Position numbers and translations under genes: made by a program
Source of the DNA: Chloropicon primus
Taxonomy: Eukaryota
NCBI GenBank assembly: GCA_023205875.1
Contig: CP060757.1
Span: 62,001-126,000, forward strand
DNA length: 64,000 nucleotides
Direction of reading: 5' to 3'
Notes under the pieces: generated by a model
What the model saw: the letters and a program-made list of their open reading frames with translations, nothing else
What the model was told of the DNA's origin: nothing
Database searches by the model: none
Part shown: in pieces, positions 1 through 10,250 of the stretch
Position numbering within the stretch: position 1 is the first letter of the stretch
Layout: every line of letters begins with the position of its first letter

Positions 1-267
<267 letters not shown>

Positions 268-296
268 TCAAAGTCGATCGAGTGCGCCGCTCTCAG

Positions 297-308
297 CTTC
301 CCGCCAAA
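297..308 (-). promoter_or_regulatory. E2F-binding site upstream of MSI1
   Basis: Minus strand TTTGGCGGGAAG matches the E2F consensus TTTSSCGS, ~100 bp upstream of the MSI1 ATG. Confidence 0.5.
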
Positions 309-726
309 CACTTCCCTTCCTCCAGGGCGTGGTATAGGTGTACACAATAGTACACCCATAATACGATACACTCACTGAGTTTAACGGAGGAGCACGAGGT
401 CACGACACGAGGAGGAGGACGAGCGAGCGAGCGGTTTGTTTTAGTCCTGGTGGTGTGTTGATTGTTTTGCACCAGGAGCATCAGAAGGAACAACATCACC
501 AGCACCAGCACTAACACCAGCACCAGCACCAGCACCAGCATCAACACCACACCACCTCCAATCAATCAATCAATCAATTAATCATCGTGGGAGGGGAAGA
601 GGGGGACGAGGAGGAGGAGGAGGAGTGTTGGGATCCGAGTCACGAAACCAAACAACCTCGTCTTGATGGGGTGGAGCAAGCAGGTACGGAGTGAGCAAGA
701 GATAACAGACTGACTGACTTGGTGGG

Positions 727-1953
727 ATGGGGGGAGGAGCGCTGAGGGCGAAGGGGGACGTGGACCCACCACAACCACAACCACGACCGCCGCCTGCAGG
801 TCCTGCAGAGGAGGAGGGGGAGGGGGGGCTCAGGAGAGTGGACTCCAAGTTCATCAAAGCGGAGGAGGATCTGGCGAGGAAGGGGGGATTGTGGGCGCGA
901 GTGTTCGGGACGACGACGACGACTCGCCACGTGTCTGGACGGGGAATTCTCCTCCTGCTGCTCTCGAAAATAGCGGGATGCGGGCACATCGTGACCACGA
1001 GGTGGCTTCTCAAGAAGGAGTTCTTCGAACCTGCTGGACTTGCGGTGCTCAGAAACATCGTGACAGTGCTCTTTCTGGGCGCCATGCTCCTGCTGAAGCC
1101 AGACCTGAGGCAGAACCTGGGGAACATCTGCAGGGAGGTGCTGGCGTTCTGGAGGCAGGTCCTGGTCGGGGCGGTGGGAACCTTCATACTTCAGACGTTT
1201 GTGATGCAGTCCCTCGATGTGATCCCCGCGACGAACCTGGCGGTTCTCGCGCAGCTGTCTCCCCCTTTCCTGTTCGTCATATCAGGATTCATCCTGAAGA
1301 CGGAGAGGCCCAGCTGGATCAAGTTTGTCGGTATGCTCGTGGCGGTCGCGGGAGCCGTCGTGATCATCGACCCCACGCACTTCAAGGCGAACGACATGAG
1401 ATCGACTTTGGGCAACTTGCTTGGCGTCGGCACGGCGCTGGCGTACGCCATCATCGTGACCGTGCAGAAGCACCTGGTCTTCAACGTGCCCGCCGCAGCT
1501 TTGCAGTTCACCTTCACGGTCTACGCCTTCCCGTTCTTCGTGGTCCTCGCGGCGCTGCTCAAGTCGCTGTCCGGAATGGTGCTGACGCCGTCCTCGATCG
1601 TCGGAGCCGCCTTTGTGGGAGTCTGCGCGAGCTTGGACTACTACTTCGCCTTCGCCTCGCTCACGTACGTGTCCACGCTTCTGGTGGGTCTGGCCAACTC
1701 CTTGCTTCCCTTGTTCGTCGGGATCGCGACGTACTTCGTCTTCGGGGAGCTGCTCTCGTGGAACGACCTCGTGGGGGCCGTTCTCATCCTGATGGGGATG
1801 ATCACAGTCATCGCCACCAAGGAGCCTGATGGCGGCACACAGACCCAGACCCAGGGGGCTCGGGGGAAGAATCCAAAGGATTACGATCTCCTGGTTGAGT
1901 TGGAGGACTACAACACGGGCGACGTCGAGGAACGCGACGGTCCACCGGCTTGA
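727..1953 (+). CDS. EamA/drug-metabolite transporter family membrane protein
   Basis: 408-aa ORF with ~10 hydrophobic segments in two halves; motifs 'PPFLFVISGFILKTERPSWIKFVGMLVAVAGAVVI' and 'FGELLSWNDLVGAVLILMG'. Confidence 0.8.
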   Translation: MGGGALRAKGDVDPPQPQPRPPPAGPAEEEGEGGLRRVDSKFIKAEEDLARKGGLWARVFGTTTTTRHVSGRGILLLLLSKIAGCGHIVTTRWLLKKEFFEPAGLAVLRNIVTVLFLGAMLLLKPDLRQNLGNICREVLAFWRQVLVGAVGTFILQTFVMQSLDVIPATNLAVLAQLSPPFLFVISGFILKTERPSWIKFVGMLVAVAGAVVIIDPTHFKANDMRSTLGNLLGVGTALAYAIIVTVQKHLVFNVPAAALQFTFTVYAFPFFVVLAALLKSLSGMVLTPSSIVGAAFVGVCASLDYYFAFASLTYVSTLLVGLANSLLPLFVGIATYFVFGELLSWNDLVGAVLILMGMITVIATKEPDGGTQTQTQGARGKNPKDYDLLVELEDYNTGDVEERDGPPA

Positions 1954-2099
1954 CATTGTGTAACGCTTGTACTGTAACTATTAACCACCATTGTACCGTC
2001 CCTTGTGACATTGATTGCATCCAAAGCTCCAAAGCTCCAAAACTGGTCTGCTGCTCCAACAATCCATTTTTTCCCAGTTTTCTCAGAAGAGAGAGAGAG

Positions 2100-3382
2100 A
2101 TGGACGACTTGTATGACGAGGTTCCCGCGGACCAGTTGGAAGCCTTGAAGGCAGTGCCAGGTGAGGAAGACAAGATCACGACGGATGCACTTCACCCTTT
2201 CCTCTGTTCGTGTGCCCTCCTCGCGCCCTCGATCTCTCCCAGGTTCATGCACCTTCCATCATCATTTGATCATCATGATCATGCATCAAGGAAAGGATTG
2301 TTCTCAAAGTAACAACGGACTGACGGAGGGATGGACTGACTGACGGGTCGACTGATTGCTTCGCTGTGTTGCTGGTTCGGTCCGGCGGTGGGTTGGAAGG
2401 CTGGGACAGGGAGCCGGCCGATGGGAAGGCGGCGAAGGATGATGGGAAACCACCACGATCAACATGCTCAGGTGTAGTGAGGTCGACGGAGACTGCGAAT
2501 GGGAGAGAGGATCCTCAACCTGCTTCCGAGGGAGGAAAGGGCTCGCTCGATTATGTTCACGAGTTCGAAGAAGTCCCTCCTTCTCAACTAGAAAAGCTGG
2601 CCAAGATACCAGGTAGGTACATCACATCTCCACAAAACTTCTTCTTCTTCTTCTTCTTCTTCTTCTGCATCTTCGGAATGAGCGGTGAGAGCTCGCTCTT
2701 CCACAGGCACGGCCACCTCACTGACCCATTGGCCTTTCTCTTCGTGGTTCTGTCCCCCTGCTTGCGCTGCCTGCCTCACTTAGGCTGGGGCGGTGACCCT
2801 GGCGCATCACAGGGACAGGAGGCCGGGGCCGCACAAGCGAAGCGGGTGCCAAGGGAGTCTCTGGGTTTGTTCGCGACACAAAACTTCGATGATGATTTCG
2901 TGCTCAAGCCGTCGTTCCCAGCTACGCAGGACGGGAGCGGTGGGGCGGGAGAGAGAGCGGGTAACGACGGAAGCGATCCGGAAGGGGACGACACGGATGC
3001 GGATGCAACGATACCGGAAACGGCGGATGTTGCCGATGAATCCATACCTCAGACGGCCCAAACTGCGAAGGACGGCGCTCCACTTGTGGTGGTCACCAAG
3101 AGAGGTGGGAGGAAGAAGCGGAAGCCCAGTCGAATTGTTGCAGGACAAGCTGCGGAGAAGCAAGGGGGGAGAACCACCCGTCAACGGCTAAAGTCAGATC
3201 CAACGCCCCCGAGTTCCCCCCCTGAAAGCGTCGTGCCTTTGACTTTCGAGGCCTTGAAGGAGAGCGTTCTCGTCAAACACTATGATATCCCCGACGAGAC
3301 CCCTGAGGTGTCCCAATCGGCGCGGGCTGAGCTCCTGAACCTCCTCGATAGGCTGCATCGAAAGGTTGCAGCGAAGAAATGA
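2100..3382 (+). CDS. Hypothetical protein, 3 exons (2100-2160, 2400-2612, 2784-3382), with a duplicated N-terminal motif
   Basis: ATG at 2100. GT-AG phase-1 introns with CTGAC branch motifs join the exons into one continuous frame. Basic NLS-like RKKRK. Confidence 0.6.
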
Positions 3383-3705
3383 CGATGATCTCAACCCGGG
3401 ACCGCAATCCGTAACACAGACACGTCGTCGTTGCAGCAGTCATTGACTTGCTTTTGCCAAGGAGACCTAGGATCGATCAGCCTCACTAAAGAAGAAAATG
3501 GAAAACCTGATCAGAGAATCATTAGGGTTGATGAGATGAGATTTTCTCCTCCCTCCTCTCGACAAAGTTGTCCAGATTTGCCATCGAGGAGGGGTCCTCG
3601 GGGTGGATCGCCGAGCAGACGGGTCAATGCCAATCACTCACCTCCCTTTCCCCCCTTCCCCCCGTTTTGACCCCCCCAACCCTCCTCTTGATCCTGATCC
3701 CTCCC

Positions 3706-3850
3706 CTTTTCAGAGCGAGGGCTCTTTGGAAAGATCACGAAGAGAGGAAGCAGTGCATCATCCGTGCCACCCCCCTTTTCCGTTGCCCTCCTCCTCACCA
3801 CCCATCCACCATCGCCATCCACCATCGCCAATCGCCATCTCCCTCCTCTG
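3706..3850 (+). repeat. Dispersed ~140 bp upstream element, copy 1 (before TM9SF)
   Basis: 28-bp core GAGCGAGGGCTCTTTGGAAAGATCACGA (3713-3740) is identical to the minus strand of 25800-25827; similarity continues through CATCCGTGCCACCC and CCATCG repeats. Confidence 0.8.
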
Positions 3851-3982
3851 CTCTGCTGGGTCCCGATTTTGCCGATCGTTGGCCGACGAGAGCAAAGTGT
3901 TGCGTCGGTCGGCGACGGAACGAAGAAGAGGAGAGGAGAGGGAGGGAACGCAGGAGCGCGGCGCGGCGCGGCGGGGTTCAGC

Positions 3983-4596
3983 ATGACAGGAGGAGGTCTC
4001 AAGTACAAAGCAAGGGGAGGACTGCTCGCCCTCGTGGCGGTGGTTGTGGCAGTGACCACGCTGGCGTCCTCGGCACAAGCCTACGTCGTGCCGGGATCCT
4101 TTCCGGTCGACTACACACTCGGAGACGAACTCGAAGGTAAAGACAAAACAAAACTCGCCACCAAAAGAAGAACCAAAACAAAACAAAACAAAGCAAAAGG
4201 ATGGTTCTGACTCTGACGCAACGAATTTCTTTCCCTTTCGTTTTCCTTTCGTTTTTCGTTTTTCTTTTTCCTCATGGCCAACCCTTTTTCAGTCCATGTG
4301 AACGCGGTTTACTCGAACGTGACGGTGGTGACGTACGACTTTTATTCGTATCCGTTTTGCTCGCACAAGGGCAAGGCCAAGGTGGACGAGAGTTTGGGCG
4401 AATGGTTCCTCGGAGGAAGGATCAGGGCAGCGCCCTTCTCCTTTACTTTCCTGGAGAAGGAGGAGTACACCAAACTCTGCGACAAGGACGTTGGCAAGAA
4501 AGGTGAGTCCAGCCTCAGCTTCACAAGGGGCCACTTCTCTTCTCTCTCTCTCTCTCTCTGGCTGACACCGCTGCTTGTTTTTTTGTCCTCTCGTGT

Positions 4597-4628
<32 letters not shown>

Positions 4629-6318
4629 GTGGTGTGCCATCCCATCCCACCGCTCCTTAGGTTTCTCTCGACTGAAGAATGCCGTGGACAAGCAGTACAA
4701 AGTTCGCCTGATTCTTGACAACTTGCCCGTGACTCGACTGAGCGTCGACAAGTTTTTCGAGATGATGAAGGAGTACGGCAAGAACGCTATCCTTGATACC
4801 GTGGACGAGAGCTTTAACTACATCGGATACTCCATCGGAGGGAAAGACAGGGAGACCGGCAAGTACTACGTGAACAACCACTTGACTTTCAGCGTGCTCT
4901 ACAACGACGCGGAGCCCCGGATGATGACCAACGGGTACTACATGGGAGAGGGTGGTGTGAGCGTGGAGCAGGAGAAGGGCCAGGCCAAGGAGGACGCGTA
5001 TAATATCGTTGGGTTCCAGGTCCTTCCTTGCTCCGTGAGCAAGGAGGTCCAGATCTCTGGCGCCTTCGACCCTCAGGAGTGCGGAGGTTACTCGAAGCAG
5101 TACGTGGACGCCGGGACCAATGTGCAGTACTCTTACTCCGTATACTTTGAGAAGTCGGAGGTGACTTGGAGCCAGAGGTGGGAGCCTTTCTTGCACGTCA
5201 GAGGAAAGCCGATGCACTGGTACTCGTTCCTTGATTCGCTGCTCATCATCCTGCTTTTGGCCATCCTTGTCGCGGGAATCTTGATGAGAACTGTGAGGGG
5301 AGACATTGCGAGGTATGAGCAGGGCCCTGGTGAGATCGAGAGGGAGGACACGGGCTGGAAGCTCATCTCGGGGGACGTCTTCCGCGCGCCGCCAAAGGCT
5401 GGAACGTTGACCACCTACATCGGATCCGGGGTGCAGATCTCGGCCTGCCTCTTCATCTCCCTTGCCTTGATGGCTTTTGGACTCATCTCCCCAGTCAAGA
5501 GGGGCGCGTTGATGACTTGGATCCTGGTCACCTACTTCCTGCTCGCCGTTCTCGGGGGGTACGTCGGAGTGAAGTTCCACATCGACATCACGAGGTCCAA
5601 GGACGGGTGGAGGCTGATCTCCCTGAGAATCAGCCTGTTCCTCGCGGGAATCGTCATCGCGATCCTGACGCTTCTGAACATCGTGCTGGGCGCGGCCAAG
5701 TCCACCCAGGGCATCCCGTTTTTGCCCATGTTCTTCCTCTTCCTGATGTGGGTTCTGCTCTCCGTTCCCCTGACCTTCGTCGGCGGCTACTTTGCCTCCA
5801 AGAAGGAGCCGGTCAAGTACCCGGTGAGGACGAACCAGATCCCAAGGGAGATCGTGAACAAGTCCACGAGCGTGATCACGCACCCCTTGTTCATCGTGTT
5901 CCTGTCGGGCCTTCTCCCGTTCGGCGTGATGTACGTGGACCTGTACTTCATTTTCTCCGCGATGTTCGAGCACTTGTACTACTACGCCTTTGGGTTCCTC
6001 TTCGGGATGACTTTCATCACGGCGATCGCCTGCATTGAGATGTCCATTGTGAGCACCTACATGATCCTGTGCATCGAGGACTACCGCTGGTGGTGGAGGA
6101 GTTTCTTCGCCGGAGGTAGTGTTGCCCTCTACTTTGCGCTCTACGGGCTGAGCTACCTCATCTTCGACAGCGGCTTGGAGGGAAGCCTGAGCAAGTTCGT
6201 CTTCCTTTGCTACCTGAGCATCATGTCCACCATCGTGTACATCTCCATGGGCGCCCTCAGCTTCGCCGTGTCCTACGTCTTTGTGCGCAAGATCTACGGT
6301 GCCATCAAGGCGGACTAG
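3983..6318 (+). CDS. Transmembrane 9 superfamily (EMP70/nonaspanin) protein; exons 3983-4136, 4293-4502, 4661-6318
   Basis: Signal peptide followed by 'YVVPGSFPVDY', 'YDFYSYPFC', 'HWYSFLDS', 'GWKLISGDVFRAP', 'PVRTNQIPREI', 'EDYRWWWRSF' and C-terminal 'IYGAIKAD' (KxD/E motif). Confidence 0.95.
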
Positions 6319-6693
6319 ATTAGAAGTGAGGCCGGCCAACACTATTTACGCCACACCCCTTCCGGGAGGGTGAATATTTTTACCGATATGCTGACTATCA
6401 AGACATCACCCAAAAAATAAAACAATTGTATTCTCAATATAGATAGAACTCAACAAAGAAAACAAACCCCCAAAAGAAGAAGCCGCCCTCCTTCCTCCTC
6501 CTCCTTCCTCCTTCCTCCTTCCTCCTTCCTCCTCCTTCCTCCCCTCTCTCCCCTCTCCTCCCCCAAAGCCGTTACTTTCTGGACATGGCTTCCGTTTCAA
6601 TTTTTTTTTTTTGGCATCGCATCGCATCGCAGAGGAGGCGACGACGACGGCGACCGACGACGACGGACGAGTGACGTGACGACGAGCGCAACG

Positions 6694-7418
6694 ATGGCGA
6701 CGGACGAGAGCAAGCAGGTGGCCGCCGGGGGCGAGCTGAACATGCTGGACATGGTGGAGGAGTTCTCCAAGCGCGGCAACCAGATCTTCGTTTCGATGAG
6801 GAAGGGGAAGGACTACCCGCCGACGTGCTGCGACGTGAGAGCCCAGTACGAGGAGACCATCCTCGACCTCAAGAAGAAGGTGGAGGAGGCGACCGGCGTC
6901 CCTGTGGACAAGCAGCTCCTCTTCTGGCATTTCGTGGAGCTCACGGAGGCGTACGACAACAAGACCCTCTTGGACCTGAACCTCCACACGGGGTTCAGCC
7001 TGACGGGATACGACCTGGTGGGTGCCGCCTCCTTCTCTTTCCCTTCCCCCCCTCTCGCCGTGTTACATGTTCTTGCATTACATTAATTCGTGGCAAGCCT
7101 GAACTGCCAGCTCTGACGCACCTCTCTCTCTCTTTCTCTCTCCGTCTCTTCATCGCGCGCGACTAAACTTCCTGCCACGGCGACGAGAAGACGGAGACGC
7201 CGCACTACTGGCCTCCGGTCACCCAAACCCCCGAAGGACTAAAAATGGTCACCAAGAGCACGTACCCAAACGAGGTGAGTTGGAGACGTTGACCTTGGAT
7301 CGACTCGCAAAGGAAACCAATGCTGACGCGCGCGCCACATGTCCTTCTCCTTCTCCTCCCCTTTTTGTCCGTGCTGCAGATGCCAAAGAAAGTCATCACG
7401 GAGGGTTACGTGAACTGA
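6694..7418 (+). CDS. Small ubiquitin-like domain protein; exons 6694-7017, 7191-7274, 7380-7418
   Basis: 'ETILDLKKKVEEATGVPVDKQLLFW...DNKTLLDLNL' has a ubiquitin-fold pattern. Phase-0 GT-AG introns give C-terminus ...TETPHYWPPV...MPKKVITEGYVN*; no diglycine. Confidence 0.7.
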
Positions 7419-7460
7419 GCTGGGTGTTGGGTGTTTGGCCGCGTCCCCCGAATCGACGCC

Positions 7461-8436
7461 TCACTCGTCCGGTTTGGCCTCCTCCGGTGCGTTTGGAAGC
7501 TTCGGCCGGAGGAGGAGATACAGCGCCGGCCCGTAGAGCGGCACGAGCGACAGCGCAGTCAGAAGCGTGTCCCTGTTGAATGCGGTAGCAAACGAAGCAA
7601 GTGGGTTTTGCAAATGGTCAGAAGCGGAACGCGTGCTGTAATCAAAAGAAACTCCACCAGACACACTCGGTGCCCTTACCCCTTGTCCCAATTCCTTCGC
7701 TCGGCGTCGTTCAAGACCCAGAAGGGCGCCAGCAGAGTCAAAACGCAAAAGTCTAGCGTGGAGACGTGTGTGAACCTGCTCTTGTCGAACAGCTGGAAGT
7801 AGCCCGCCCAGTCTGACCCCGTGGCGCTCAGCACCAGCGTCGACAAGTACCCGAGCGCGGCGAGAACGAGCAAGGCGTTCGCCTTGGACTCGAAAAAGTT
7901 GGTGATCCTCGACCTGGAACGATAGACTTTGTCCATCCGACTCGGCTCCCACAGCGCAAAGTAAGGCAGCAAGCCAAATGCGCCGAGAAACATGGAGAGG
8001 GACACGAACGGCCAGGCTGGAACCTTGTTCCCGCTGACGCCCGTGGGAAGCAGAAGCGAGGCGTAGATGACCGGCCACAGGCCCAGGACGTTGAACAGGG
8101 CGAAGAACACCCTGTTGATGACAACGCCGTCCTCATCGATCCCCATGTTCAATGACGCCTGGATCAGCGTCCTGTCCGTCACAGTCGCGAGGTTGGGAGC
8201 GAACTTGAACGCGTACACCCCGAACCCCAGCCACAGGGCAAGGAACCCCACGTTGATGCTCTTCGAGCTCACCGCGTTCGCCAAGCTCGACACCAGACTC
8301 TCCACACCTCCTCGACCCTCCCCGTCCCGGCCCTCCGCCGACACCGAGATCCAGGCACCCCGCCCCTTGCTGTCGGAGCTCCACCGGCCTCCGTCATCCC
8401 CAAACCACCAGACACCTTCGCCTCTCCTGCTCCATC

Positions 8437-8470
<34 letters not shown>

Positions 8471-8587
8471 TTGTTGATGTTGCTGGTGTCGTTGTTGTCG
8501 AGGAAGACGGTACGAGGTCGAGGGAATAGAGCGGCAGTGCGAAGCCGTCGCGGTACGTCCCGCCGCACGGCACCTCCACCTCGACAT
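7461..8587 (-). CDS. Plastid-targeted membrane protein, DUF2834-like; exons 8587-7680, 7572-7461
   Basis: Transit-like N-terminus with poly-His, then 'FFALFNVLGLWPVIYASLLLP...VPAWPFVSLSMFLGAFGLLPYFALW...FTHVSTLDFCVL...LSLVPLYGPALYLLLRP', typical of this cyanobacterial/plant family. Start codon uncertain. Confidence 0.7.
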
Positions 8588-8854
8588 CTTCGGCCTCCCT
8601 GCAGCGAAACCCGACCACCACCTGTGGTCCCTCCTCCAGAAGTTTTGGATAACCTGATCGCGAGCTTGTGGCTGAGAGCAGAGGCCAGGGCGAGGAGAGG
8701 AGGAGAGGAGGGAAGGGAAGGGAAGGAGATCTGCGCTTGAGTGGTGCGCTCCCCTTGGACTTTGTGGATCGTCTCGACAAGGAACTCTATCTCTATCTCT
8801 ATCTCTGTGCGATTCAGAGTTGTCGTTGTCGTGGTGGTGCCTGAGAGGGAGGAG

Positions 8855-9574
8855 ATGATGGGGGCCAAGGGGATGGGGGCCAAGGGGATGGGGGCCTCGG
8901 TGAAGCCGCTGCTGTGCAAGGGGAGGCCGAAGGGTGCGAGGTACGTCGCGCAATCGGCGAGGGGGGAGGGAGGGGAAGCTTCGGGAAGGGTTCGGTTGGA
9001 GGGGGAGTTCGACTGGAAGGGTCGGGTGTTTCGGGCTGCTGCTGGCTTCTTGGCGTCGAGTGTCGTCGGGCTCTGCGCGCACGGGGGCCTCATCGCGGCG
9101 GAGGCTCGCCTGGAGGGCGTGAACAAGCCGGAGCTCCTGCCCAAGGAGTACACTCCCTTGATAGATGTTGCAGACTTCCTCACCTCTGGCGAGGAGCAGC
9201 GGGTGGTGAAGACCCTGGAGCGCCTCGAGAGGGACACGGGGGTGAAGCTCCGGGTTTTGGCCCAGAATTACCCGGAGACCCCTGGCCTGGCCATCAAGGA
9301 CTTTTGGAAGGTCGACGCCAGCACCGTGGTCCTCGTGGCCGACCCGAACACGGGGAACATCACGAACTTCAACGTTGGAGAGGACGTCGATATTCAGGTC
9401 CCTCGGAACTTTTGGAGCAAGGTTGCTGGGAAGTTCGGGAACAAGTTCTACTGGCAGGACCAGGGAGCGGACAGGGCCATCATTAATTCCGTGAACGCCA
9501 TCGACTTTTGCGTCAGGGAGCCCGAGAGCAGGCTCAAGTGCACCAAGCTTTCCAGCTTGGAGGAAGAGTTTTGA
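8855..9574 (+). CDS. Thylakoid lumen TPM-domain protein (15 kDa protein 2-like; TLP18.3/Psb32 superfamily)
   Basis: Lumen signal ending A-E-A, then 'RLEGVNKPELLPKEYTPLIDVADFL...LRVLAQNYPETPGLAIKDFW...FNVG...FW...FGNKFYW'. Confidence 0.85.
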   Translation: MMGAKGMGAKGMGASVKPLLCKGRPKGARYVAQSARGEGGEASGRVRLEGEFDWKGRVFRAAAGFLASSVVGLCAHGGLIAAEARLEGVNKPELLPKEYTPLIDVADFLTSGEEQRVVKTLERLERDTGVKLRVLAQNYPETPGLAIKDFWKVDASTVVLVADPNTGNITNFNVGEDVDIQVPRNFWSKVAGKFGNKFYWQDQGADRAIINSVNAIDFCVREPESRLKCTKLSSLEEEF

Positions 9575-9812
9575 GGATTGCCCGGCCCGGGCACACAGAC
9601 GTTAAAAAATTGCCAATCCACGAAAACCACCAAGCTGTTACGAAAGAGAATGAGAAAGAGAGAGAGAAGCTTTGCGGCCATCCCCATTCACTTTCGCGTC
9701 ATCACCGTCATCATCATCGTCCTTATCATCGTTATCCTCCCTTGTCCTCCTTGTGATCATCCATGGACACTTAAGATCAAGATTAGTACCACTGATCCAA
9801 ACCAAGAGACAA

Positions 9813-10119
9813 AGAGAGAGAGCGGGAGAGAGAAGTTTGGGACAGCAGGAGAGGTTTTGCAGTCATTCACATCCACACGCACACGCACACCCCCTCACCG
9901 TCACAATCCTCACCATCACCCTCCTCCTGATCATCCTCCTCCTCCTTGTTATGTACCAATTTAATCGTAACGGCGATGATCTAAACCAAAGCGGGACCAG
10001 AGAAAGAGAGAGAGAGCGGGAGAGAGAAGTTTGGGACAGCAGGAGAGGTTTCGCAGTCATTCACATCCACACGCACACGCACACCCCCTCACCGTCACAA
10101 TCCTCACCATCACCCTCCT
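9813..10119. repeat. Tandem duplication: 113-bp copies at 9813-9925 and 10007-10119
   Basis: The two copies differ by one visible mismatch (GTTTTGC vs GTTTCGC); period 194 bp; a degenerate third unit lies near 9635-9760. Confidence 0.9.
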
Positions 10120-10250
10120 GTTCCTAATCATCAATCTTGTACGATGTCCCATGATTTCAAAATAACTCAGAGAGGGGAGAGGGAGAGGAGAGGAGGAGGG
10201 TGGACGAGGAAGGTGTCGAAGGTGTCGAAGGTGCTGGGTTGCAGTGTAGG

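Noticed and set aside
9772..9788. TAAGATCAAGATTAGTA resembles U2 snRNA (TAAGATCAAGTGTAGTA)
   Set aside because: The flanks lack the U2 5' stem, the branch-binding GTAGTA is altered and no Sm site follows; treated as chance.
9813..10119. Repeat-unique-repeat layout reminiscent of a CRISPR array
   Set aside because: The repeats are 113 bp and only two, in a eukaryotic context with no cas genes.
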